A DNA stretch of 49,644 nucleotides from Eubacteriales bacterium (lineage in GTDB: Bacteria; Bacillota; Clostridia; Oscillospirales; CAG-272), in the NCBI GenBank assembly GCA_045587785.1, contig JAZNDA010000008.1, forward strand, positions 1 to 49,644, in the 5' to 3' direction. Below are positions 42,445-49,644 of this stretch, piece after piece. How positions within the stretch are numbered: the first letter of the stretch is position 1; every line of letters starts with the position of its first letter. The translations under genes and the position numbers were made by a program. Below the pieces are notes generated by a model. It was not told where the DNA came from and did not search any database. It was given only the letters and a program-made list of their open reading frames with translations.

Positions 42445-42768
42445 TCACACCTCACTCTGACCGTTTTGCATGACGATCTCGTAAGGTATTCTTTTTCGGT
42501 TTAAGATCTCAAGCAATTCCGCCGTGGCGTATGGCTGTCGGATGACCGCCAAAAGCTTTCGACCGCCAAACAAAAAGCAAGCGTTTTTGGCTTCGTAAAG
42601 ATACATTTCGATCTCACTTGCCACCTGTGCGCTGTCAACCAAAAGCACGGTACCCACTTTGTCATTTCGGAAGATCACCGCACAAAGCGCATACGAAAAG
42701 GCATACAGCCCGAACACGGCAAACACCGCTGTTAAGATCTCAAGAAATGTTTCTATCATCGCGTACAT
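42445..42768 (-). CDS. Hypothetical 107-aa protein with N-terminal TM helix
   Basis: The ORF sits between metK and recD2. No family recognised. Confidence 0.45.
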   Translation of the reverse strand: MYAMIETFLEILTAVFAVFGLYAFSYALCAVIFRNDKVGTVLLVDSAQVASEIEMYLYEAKNACFLFGGRKLLAVIRQPYATAELLEILNRKRIPYEIVMQNGQSEV

Positions 42769-42809
42769 CCCCCCTATTAAAGGAGGATATGCCGCCTACT
42801 AAAAAAGTG

Positions 42810-43994
42810 TCAAACACCAAGCTCCGCACGAAGCACGGGTGCCAAGTCGGTCTTTTCCCAAAGGACCCCGAGATCCTCACGTCCCATATGACCGTATGCG
42901 GCAAGCTCGGAGTAAATGGGCTTGCGAAGATCAAACTTTTCAATGATCGCCGCAGGACGAAGATCCACGTGCTTTGTCACTGCCGCCGAAATACGTTCCT
43001 CGTCCACCTTGGCTGTTCCAAAGGTGTCGATGAGCACCGAAACAGGCTTTGCCACGCCGATGGCGTACGCCACCTGCACCTCGCATTTATCGGCAAGACC
43101 TGCGGCAACGATATTTTTCGCCACATAGCGAGCGGCATAGGATGCCGAGCGGTCCACCTTCGTGGGGTCCTTACCCGAAAAGGCTCCGCCGCCGTGACGG
43201 GAATAGCCGCCGTATGTATCCACAATGATCTTTCTGCCCGTCAGACCCGTGTCGCCTGCGGGACCGCCCACAACAAAGCGACCTGTGGGATTGACGTAGA
43301 TCTTGGTCTCGCTGTCAAGCAACTCCATGGGGATGGTGGTATGGATAACCTCTCTGATAATATCCTCGCGAATCTGAGACAACTCCACCTCAGCACTGTG
43401 CTGAGAAGAAATAACCACCGTATCCACACGCAGGGGCTTTCCGTCCTTGTATTCCACCGTCACCTGCGTTTTGCCGTCGGGACGGAGATACGGAAGCGTT
43501 CCGTTCTTGCGCACCTCGGTAAGCTTTTTGGCAAGCGCATGCGCCAAGGAGATGGGAAGCGGCATCAGTTCCTTTGTTTCATTGCAGGCATAACCGAACA
43601 TAAGCCCTTGGTCGCCTGCGCCGATATCAAATCTATCCTCAGTCTCGCCGTTCTTGGACTCAAGGGAGCGATTAACACCAAGCGCAATATCGGGCGACTG
43701 CTCATGAATGGAGTTTAAGACCGCACAGCTATCGCAGTCAAATCCGTATTTGGCACGGTCATAACCTATCTTTCTGACCGTTTCGCGCACCACCTCTTGA
43801 ATGTCCACGTAACCGCTTGTGGTGATCTCTCCCATCACCATCACAAGTCCCGTGGTACAGGTGGTCTCGCACGCCACGCGGGACATGGGGTCCGCGCGCA
43901 AAAATTCATCCAGAAGCGCGTCTGAAATTTTGTCACAAATTTTATCGGGATGCCCCTCAGTCACCGATTCACTGGTAAAAAGAATTCTTTCCAT
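42810..43994 (-). CDS. metK: S-adenosylmethionine synthase
   Basis: [33 protein letters not shown] and [16 protein letters not shown] motifs. The start is moved to ATG 43994. Confidence 0.97.
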   Translation of the reverse strand: MERILFTSESVTEGHPDKICDKISDALLDEFLRADPMSRVACETTCTTGLVMVMGEITTSGYVDIQEVVRETVRKIGYDRAKYGFDCDSCAVLNSIHEQSPDIALGVNRSLESKNGETEDRFDIGAGDQGLMFGYACNETKELMPLPISLAHALAKKLTEVRKNGTLPYLRPDGKTQVTVEYKDGKPLRVDTVVISSQHSAEVELSQIREDIIREVIHTTIPMELLDSETKIYVNPTGRFVVGGPAGDTGLTGRKIIVDTYGGYSRHGGGAFSGKDPTKVDRSASYAARYVAKNIVAAGLADKCEVQVAYAIGVAKPVSVLIDTFGTAKVDEERISAAVTKHVDLRPAAIIEKFDLRKPIYSELAAYGHMGREDLGVLWEKTDLAPVLRAELGV

Positions 43995-44020
43995 GTTACG
44001 TCCTTTCTTTTTGTCATCAA

Positions 44021-44049
44021 GAAACAAAAATCCTTCCACCGAGGAAGGA
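44021..44049 (-). terminator. Terminator-like hairpin inside the metK 5' leader
   Basis: Minus strand reads TCCTTCC-TCGGT-GGAAGGA followed by TTTTTGTTTC. It lies between the predicted promoter and the metK RBS. Confidence 0.55.
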
Positions 44050-44089
44050 CACCGTCTCATCTCTCTGCTTTGATACTTTTTCAAATTAC

Positions 44090-44118
44090 ATTATATCACA
44101 CTTTTCCCCCGTTTGCAA
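44090..44118 (-). promoter_or_regulatory. Sigma-A promoter for metK
   Basis: Minus strand reads TTGCAA (44118-44113), 17-nt spacer, TGaTATAAT (44098-44090). Confidence 0.6.
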
Positions 44119-44141
44119 GACTTTTTACAAACAAAAAACTG

Positions 44142-44170
44142 TTGCATTCGAAAAGAAAATGTGGTAAAAT
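44142..44170 (+). promoter_or_regulatory. Sigma-A promoter for psiE-like gene
   Basis: TTGCAT, 17-nt spacer, TGgTAAAAT. Confidence 0.6.
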
Positions 44171-44196
44171 AAAGAAAAACCAAAAAAGGAGTATCC

Positions 44197-44610
44197 ATGC
44201 ATAAAAAGACAGCTCATTTTTTCGGCGTGCTGGTTCATATTCTTGAATATGTGATCGCCGCCATCACCCTTATCGTTCTGATCGGTCTTGTCGGTCTTGA
44301 GGTCTACAAAATGTTTACCTTGGCTGACTATTTTAGCTCAGCAGACACATATCTTCACAATATGTTGACCATTGTGGTCGGACTTGAATTTGTCCGTATG
44401 CTGACAAAGCTGACACCCGCCAACACCATTGAGGTGCTGATCGTCGCCATTGCCCGTCAGATCATCATTCTTCATGACGATCCTCTGACCAATATTGCCT
44501 GCGTGCTCTGCATTGCGGGACTGTTTGCCATCCGCCGTTTTCTCATTTCCAAAACCGAACTGAAAATGGAGCTTTCCGACAGCGAAAACGATACATCGAA
44601 CAATACATAA
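44197..44610 (+). CDS. psiE: PsiE-family (phosphate-starvation-inducible) membrane protein
   Basis: 137 aa, four TM helices. The segment ...LTIVVGLEFVRMLTK...IEVLIVAIARQIII is family-typical. Confidence 0.7.
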   Translation: MHKKTAHFFGVLVHILEYVIAAITLIVLIGLVGLEVYKMFTLADYFSSADTYLHNMLTIVVGLEFVRMLTKLTPANTIEVLIVAIARQIIILHDDPLTNIACVLCIAGLFAIRRFLISKTELKMELSDSENDTSNNT

Positions 44611-44623
44611 GTGCCAAAAAAAC

Positions 44624-44663
44624 AAAAGGGATCCCACAACCAAGTTGCCTCGGGATCCCTTTT
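44624..44663. terminator. Bidirectional terminator
   Basis: AAAAGGGATCCC, 16-nt loop, GGGATCCCTTTT. Confidence 0.7.
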
Positions 44664-44671
44664 ATATTCGC

Positions 44672-45958
44672 TTAATTTTCCGCAAGCAATTTTTCCACTG
44701 CCGCCAGTTTGACGCATACCGTAAGCACCTGCATGGCGATAGCCAGATCCTCATCGGAGGGATAGGTAGGCGCAATACGGATATTGCGGTCGCGCAGGTC
44801 GTTGCCGTAAGGATAGGTGGCGCCCACCGTGGTCAGCTGAACGCCTGCCTCAAGCGCAAGCGCATAGGCACGCTTAGCACAGCCGTCCATGGTGTTAAGG
44901 CTGACAAAATAACCACCCTTGGGCTTTGTCCAGCTTGCCGCCTCGCTGTCACCGATCTCTTTTTCCAAAATATCAAGAACGATCTCAAACTTCGGACGGA
45001 TCAGTTCTGCCAGAACCATCATATGCTTATGAATATTCTCGGCGTTTTTAAAATATTTGACGTGACGGATCTGATTGATCTTATCATAGCCGATAGTCTG
45101 CACACCGATAATGGGCTTGATCTGTGCAAGATTTGCCTCTGACGCGGCAAAAACAGCAACGCCTGAGCCGGGGAACGAGATCTTGGATGTAGACGCGAAA
45201 TAGAACACTCTGTCCTCTGTGCCAAATTTTTGACACGCCTCAAAGATATCGGCAAGTGTATCGCGGTCATCCTCATAAAGATCATGCACTGCGTACGCAT
45301 TGTCCCAGAAGATACGGAAATCGGGTGCGGCGGTCTTCATGGAAGCCAGACGCATCACCGTCTCGTCCGAATAGGTGATACCCTCGGGGTTGGAATACTT
45401 GGGACAGCACCAGATGCCGCGGATACTCTCATCTGCCGCGCAAAGTGCTTCCACTGCGTCCATATCGGGACCCGTGGGGGTCATGTCCACGGTGATCATT
45501 TCAATGCCAAGAGACTCGCAAATGGCAAAATGGCGGTCGTACCCGGGAGACGGGCAGACAAATTTTATCTTTTTCTCACGGCACCACGGACGCACACTGC
45601 CTCTGACGCCGTAAAGCATAGCTCTCACCATGGCGTCATACATCAGATTCAGCGAGGAATTTCCTGCCACAAAAATGTTCTTCTCGGGGATATTCAAAAG
45701 GTCGGAAAACAGCTTCTTAGCTTCTGGCACGCCGTCAAGAAGTCCATAATTTCGGTAATCCACGCCGTTCCCCGAACGGCAATCCTCACTCTCCGAAATG
45801 CAATCCAGCATTCCCGTCAAGAGATCAAGCTGCTTATGTCCCGGCTTTCCGCGCGAGAGGTCAAGCGAAAGACCCTTGGCAAGATAGGTCTTATATTCAT
45901 GCTCCAATTTTTCCTTTTCTGTGATCAGCGCCTCACGGCTCATAAGCGAATATTTCAT
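44672..45958 (-). CDS. PLP-dependent aminotransferase, class I/II fold (aspartate/alanine-glyoxylate aminotransferase-like subgroup)
   Basis: 428 aa: [41 protein letters not shown] (PLP lysine context). Confidence 0.75.
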   Translation of the reverse strand: MKYSLMSREALITEKEKLEHEYKTYLAKGLSLDLSRGKPGHKQLDLLTGMLDCISESEDCRSGNGVDYRNYGLLDGVPEAKKLFSDLLNIPEKNIFVAGNSSLNLMYDAMVRAMLYGVRGSVRPWCREKKIKFVCPSPGYDRHFAICESLGIEMITVDMTPTGPDMDAVEALCAADESIRGIWCCPKYSNPEGITYSDETVMRLASMKTAAPDFRIFWDNAYAVHDLYEDDRDTLADIFEACQKFGTEDRVFYFASTSKISFPGSGVAVFAASEANLAQIKPIIGVQTIGYDKINQIRHVKYFKNAENIHKHMMVLAELIRPKFEIVLDILEKEIGDSEAASWTKPKGGYFVSLNTMDGCAKRAYALALEAGVQLTTVGATYPYGNDLRDRNIRIAPTYPSDEDLAIAMQVLTVCVKLAAVEKLLAEN

Positions 45959-46052
45959 CCAAAGCTCCTTTAACAGATCGTAATGCGGATATTATACCAT
46001 AACAGTACAAAAAAAGCAAGAGGTAAATGTAAAATTTGCAAAAAATCACAAT

Positions 46053-48419
46053 TTATTCGGTCTTTTCCCAGAATTTTTGCACGATTTCTGCAAGCGAGGA
46101 AGGATTTCCTGCATATTTCAGGTGTTCCCAGTGCTTTGGAAACAGCCTTTGATAGGTTGGCTCAGCATATCTGTCATCGATCAGCACCACGATGCCCCGA
46201 TCCTCGGCACGGCGAATGACCCTGCCCGCCGCCTGTAGCACGTTGTTCATGCCGGGGTAAGTGTAAGCATAGGCAAAGCCGTTTTCGTACCGATTTTCAA
46301 AATACTCGCGCATGATATTTCTCTCGCTGGAAAATGCGGGAAGCCCCACGCCCACGATGATACTGCCGATCAAACGGCTGCCGGGGAGATCCACTCCCTC
46401 GGAAAAGCTGCCGCCAAGCACCGCAAAGCCCACGCGCATTTTGCCAGCATCCTCGGCAAAGACCGACAAAAACGCCTCCCTGTCAGCGGCATTCATCCCC
46501 CTCTTTTGCACCACCGTCTGCACCGCGGGATATTTTTTGCAAAATGCCTCGTAAACTTTTTCCAAATAACTGTAGGACGGGAAATACGCCATGTAGTTAC
46601 CTGCCCTGCCCGATATCGCCGCAGCAATACAGGTTGCCGTTTTCTTATAAGAACGGTCGCGATCCGCCGAACGCGTGCTGATGCTATCCACCGCCGCCAC
46701 GCAAAGATTGCTTGTCTCATAGGGGGATGCAAGCTCCAAAAACATGGAACTCTTGTCGCCACCAAGCAGATCGGCAAAATAGTCGATGGGCGCAAGCGTT
46801 GCCGAGAACAGCACCGATGCTCTTGCCTTTGAAAGACAGTCGCCCACCACCTCGGACGGATCGATACACATCAGCGAGACCGTGACATCCTCGCCCTGCT
46901 CCTCAATATAGGTAATGAATTTCTCATCATAACGTGCAAGGATGGACAGATATCTCTGCGCCTCTCTCGACAGCGTACCTACGTCATCATACAGCTCGTC
47001 CTCACGGTTTTTACGGAGCCATATCCGTGCGTGCTCAAAAAATGTCTCAAGTGCCTTGTCAAGTCCCCAAACGCGGTCACGCCCGATATCATAGCCCACG
47101 ATTTTGCCATCCGATTCCGCCCTGCGATTTTCCGCGCACCGCGCCCTTGCCTCATCAAAAGAATCGAGAATGGGCGACAGCATACGGGAAAGCGTGCCGT
47201 TTTCAAGCGGCACTTTTTCATATATCTTTTTCACCTGCTGATAGGAAAACGTCGCGGTATACATCCCCCGTGCCCTGTCGGCAAGATTGTGCGCCTCATC
47301 CAACAAAAATACGTATCTGCCAAAACGCCCTTCCTCATCGAAATACCGCTTCAGATGCACCATGGGATCAAAAAGATAGTTATAGTCGCAAATGATAATA
47401 TCACAAAGCTCCGAAAGATCCAATGACAGCTCGTACGCACACACCTTGTGGCGCACAGCCACCTCGCGGATAACCGCAGGGTAAAACCCGTTTTGCCCCG
47501 AAAAAAGCTCCCGTACGGCATCGCGCATACGCTCCGCGCTGTTTTGGAGCAAAGGGCAGTCCCCTATGTTGCAGTTTTTTCCGCATCCGCCGCCTATGCA
47601 CATATTCTCCTTGGCACTCAGTACAATAGTCTTGAGATGCGCGCCCGCCTCGAACAATTTACCCGCGGCTCGGTACGCCTCAAGCGAGGTGCTGTTTTTG
47701 GCGGTCAGATAAAAGATCTTGTCGCAAAGCCCCGCACCAAACGCCCGTACCGCAGGATACAGTGCCGACACGGTCTTACCGATCCCCGTCGGGGCGCACA
47801 CAAACAGCTTTTTTTCTTTCTTGATCGCGCTCATAGAGGCACGGATCATCTGCTCCTGCCCCTCCCTGATCTCGGGATACGGAAACGCCATCCCGTCCGC
47901 CGATGGACGTATCTTTTGTTCCCGTTCGATCACAGACTGCACGCGAAAAGCGATCAGCGACAAAAGCGAACGGGCAAACCCGTCCAGTCTCTCAAAGCTG
48001 ACCTTTTGGCAAAAGGTTTTAACGTCGCCGCTTCTGCTAACCACGATCACACGGACACCAACCGATGCCGCGCCCTCACGCAAAGCCACAAGGAACCCTT
48101 GGAGCTTTGCGTAGCTTTTCCACTCGGTCTTGATCTTTGCGTCAGCATCCACCATGCGTACCACGTCCACCGTCCACGTCTTGCCGTCAAAAAACAAACC
48201 GTCCGCCTCGGCACGAAGCTCATACCGCCCCCCGTCGGCATTGATCACGCCGCACAGCGGTACATTTCGCACGTAGTCATTCGGAAAAAGCGTGCTTTGC
48301 TCCCGATAAGTAAAGAAATCCTCCGAGGGAAGCTCTCCGAGTGGACTTGCGCCGCCCACCGCCTCGCAAAGCTCATGCAAAAGAAGCTCGACCGTTTGCT
48401 CCGATATTTTGTATTTCAT
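46053..48419 (-). CDS. DinG/XPD-like DEAH-box DNA helicase with Fe-S Cys cluster and an unassigned ~175-aa N-terminal domain
   Basis: Walker A CAPTGIGKT. Cys cluster CIGGGCGKNCNIGDC lies between Walker A and the DEAH box (LLDEAHNL). The C-terminal helicase motifs are GSFSEGVDLPG and QAAGRVIR. Confidence 0.8.
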   Translation of the reverse strand: MKYKISEQTVELLLHELCEAVGGASPLGELPSEDFFTYREQSTLFPNDYVRNVPLCGVINADGGRYELRAEADGLFFDGKTWTVDVVRMVDADAKIKTEWKSYAKLQGFLVALREGAASVGVRVIVVSRSGDVKTFCQKVSFERLDGFARSLLSLIAFRVQSVIEREQKIRPSADGMAFPYPEIREGQEQMIRASMSAIKKEKKLFVCAPTGIGKTVSALYPAVRAFGAGLCDKIFYLTAKNSTSLEAYRAAGKLFEAGAHLKTIVLSAKENMCIGGGCGKNCNIGDCPLLQNSAERMRDAVRELFSGQNGFYPAVIREVAVRHKVCAYELSLDLSELCDIIICDYNYLFDPMVHLKRYFDEEGRFGRYVFLLDEAHNLADRARGMYTATFSYQQVKKIYEKVPLENGTLSRMLSPILDSFDEARARCAENRRAESDGKIVGYDIGRDRVWGLDKALETFFEHARIWLRKNREDELYDDVGTLSREAQRYLSILARYDEKFITYIEEQGEDVTVSLMCIDPSEVVGDCLSKARASVLFSATLAPIDYFADLLGGDKSSMFLELASPYETSNLCVAAVDSISTRSADRDRSYKKTATCIAAAISGRAGNYMAYFPSYSYLEKVYEAFCKKYPAVQTVVQKRGMNAADREAFLSVFAEDAGKMRVGFAVLGGSFSEGVDLPGSRLIGSIIVGVGLPAFSSERNIMREYFENRYENGFAYAYTYPGMNNVLQAAGRVIRRAEDRGIVVLIDDRYAEPTYQRLFPKHWEHLKYAGNPSSLAEIVQKFWEKTE

Positions 48420-48528
48420 CCTTTATCTGCCAAGCTCCTTTCGTTGTATTTATATCCAGTATATCATGAAATCCCCTTTTCGTCAATCAAAAAGCCGTAT
48501 TTTTGCAAATTTTCCATCATTTAAGGGG

Positions 48529-48557
48529 TTACATTTTGGTGCCAATGCGACTATAAT
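48529..48557 (+). promoter_or_regulatory. Candidate promoter for the mecA-like gene
   Basis: TTACAT, 17-nt spacer, TATAAT. Confidence 0.5.
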
Positions 48558-48620
48558 GTTAAAAGAAACCGACGCCCTACTTTTACCCTACCGCCACCCT
48601 ACCAAAAAGGAGGAACATTC

Positions 48621-49256
48621 ATGGAACTTATTCTGATCAGTTCGAGTAAGCTGAAGATCATGCTGTCAAGCGAAGACATGGCAAAGTATTCTTTAGATGC
48701 CAAGGCCGCTGATTATGATGATACAGCCACAAGACGTGCCTTTTGGAGCATACTTGACGACGTGAAGATCCAAACAGGCTTTAATGCCGCAGGCGACCGC
48801 GTGTTTATCCAGCTCTACCCCTTAAGAGAGGGGGGCTGTGAAATGTTTGTCACAAAAATGGGGCTTCTGTGCTGCGAGGATGACCCAAAAACAAAAAAAT
48901 CCTCCCGCAACGGGGCAAAAAACGGCAAAATGCTCGTTGATCGGCTCGGCACAAGCTGCGGCGGCGAGCGCGTGGAGGCGTATGTATTTGATGATTTGTC
49001 CGCACTGCTCGCCGTGTGTCGGCGATTGCATGCCAGAAAATGGCGGGGCAAAAGTGAAGCATACAAAGGGCGAGGCGGCAAATACTATCTCGTTCTCAGC
49101 GAGCGCACCGCACCGCCCGCGGGCACACTTGACCGCCTTTGCTTTATCGGCGAATACGGAAGAGTCGAAAATGCCGATACCGTGCGCCTATACATACGCG
49201 AGCACGCCACTTGTATCTGTCCCGAACGTGCTGTGCAGACACTGAGTGTGCTTTGA
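48621..49256 (+). CDS. mecA: MecA-like adaptor protein
   Basis: MELILISSSKLKIMLSSEDMAKYSLD...FWSILDDVKIQTGFNAAGDRVFIQLYPLREGGCEMFVTK resembles the MecA N-terminal domain. RBS AAAGGAGG. Confidence 0.6.
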   Translation: MELILISSSKLKIMLSSEDMAKYSLDAKAADYDDTATRRAFWSILDDVKIQTGFNAAGDRVFIQLYPLREGGCEMFVTKMGLLCCEDDPKTKKSSRNGAKNGKMLVDRLGTSCGGERVEAYVFDDLSALLAVCRRLHARKWRGKSEAYKGRGGKYYLVLSERTAPPAGTLDRLCFIGEYGRVENADTVRLYIREHATCICPERAVQTLSVL

Positions 49257-49283
49257 GTAGCCGTAGCAGAACCAAACTCATAA

Positions 49284-49638
49284 GCCCTACGCGGCAAATT
49301 TTTGCGTCTTTAGCCGTAGCTCGGCTTGTATAGTCTTACTTTGCTGCACCTCGCTCCGACCAAATTCGCTAAAAATTTGATCGCGTAGGCAAGAGGGAAT
49401 AATCTGAACCCGCCCTTGAGCCTGAATTTTCGGTGCTTTATGGCACTTGGCTCACTTGCAAAGTCCACACTTGGCGGCGTTCGCCAAGCACCAAAATCAT
49501 CAAAAAATTAAGGCTCGAGGGTCTTAGAGTTTTGAAAGAGCAAATATTGAGGATAGGCAAGGTAAATTTTCGCAGCAATATGAGGATATTGCAAGGAAAT
49601 TTACTGAAGCATATACCAATATTTGCCTTTCAAAACCG
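49284..49638 (+). other. Non-coding region made of three consecutive ~105-110-nt imperfect hairpins, cut by window edge
   Basis: Hairpin A spans 49284-49390 (arms GCCCTACGCGGCAAATTTTTGCG / CGCTAAAAATTTGATCGCGTAGGC). Hairpin B spans 49413-49521 (CCCTTGAGCC...GGTGCTT / AAGCACC...GGCTCGAGGG). Hairpin C spans 49529-49636 (GTTTTGAAAGAGCAAATATTG / CAATATTTGCCTTTCAAAAC, with nested GTAAATTT/AAATTTAC and GCAATAT/ATATTGC). No credible ORF. Confidence 0.6.
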
Positions 49639-49644
49639 AGTTCG

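Noticed and set aside
43995-44083. Canonical SAM-I (S-box) riboswitch upstream of metK
   Set aside because: The leader is only about 90 nt and lacks the conserved S-box segments and four-helix junction. It is reported instead as an unclassified attenuator-like leader.
49284-49638. CRISPR array or tracrRNA-like element at the window end
   Set aside because: The units are inverted repeats, not direct repeats with spacers. No repeat of 24-40 nt recurs, and no cas gene is in view.
1-49644. Mobile elements, prophage, genomic island or defence locus
   Set aside because: I saw no transposase, integrase, recombinase, phage structural gene, toxin-antitoxin pair or restriction-modification gene. The gene content is housekeeping, and the compositional and promoter style is uniform. 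The only hints of rearrangement are the kinase remnant near the tRNA and the hairpin cluster at the 3' edge.

Overview
This window looks like a chromosomal core region of a spore-forming Firmicute of the Clostridia type. The evidence is spoIVB, recA-recX, pheST, mreB, comFC-recD2, metK and secG, together with many TTGACA-17-TGnTAnAAT extended -10 promoters and GC-rich hairpin/U-tract terminators. I support about 48 CDS, one tRNA-Arg(CCU), one gene remnant and three T-box leaders. I saw no transposase, integrase, phage gene or CRISPR array. The three T-box leaders share the same Stem-I base layout, so the specifier codon can be read in one fixed register. That register gives UUC for pheST, which serves as an internal control. 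It gives CUC (Leu) for a leader upstream of a catalytically degenerate LeuA-like protein and a TIM-barrel::acyl-CoA-ligase fusion. It gives GUA (Val) for a leader upstream of a tightly coupled operon: an HTH-cupin::medium-chain acyl-CoA synthetase, a P-loop NTPase, a four-subunit 2-oxoacid:ferredoxin oxidoreductase and a branched-chain aminotransferase. I read the Val operon as a module, sensed through tRNA charging, that converts branched short-chain acids to amino acids by reductive carboxylation. The Leu operon is a related but functionally unresolved module. Smaller observations are listed as separate findings: a non-coding tail of three consecutive ~110-nt hairpins at the 3' window edge; an 11-nt-periodic CCCTAC triple repeat in the mecA leader; a terminator-like hairpin in the metK leader without a SAM-I core; a NahK-like kinase remnant beside the tRNA; and an OadG-like small ORF that is missing from the ORF track. 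All functional calls come from reading motifs by eye. No database search was run.
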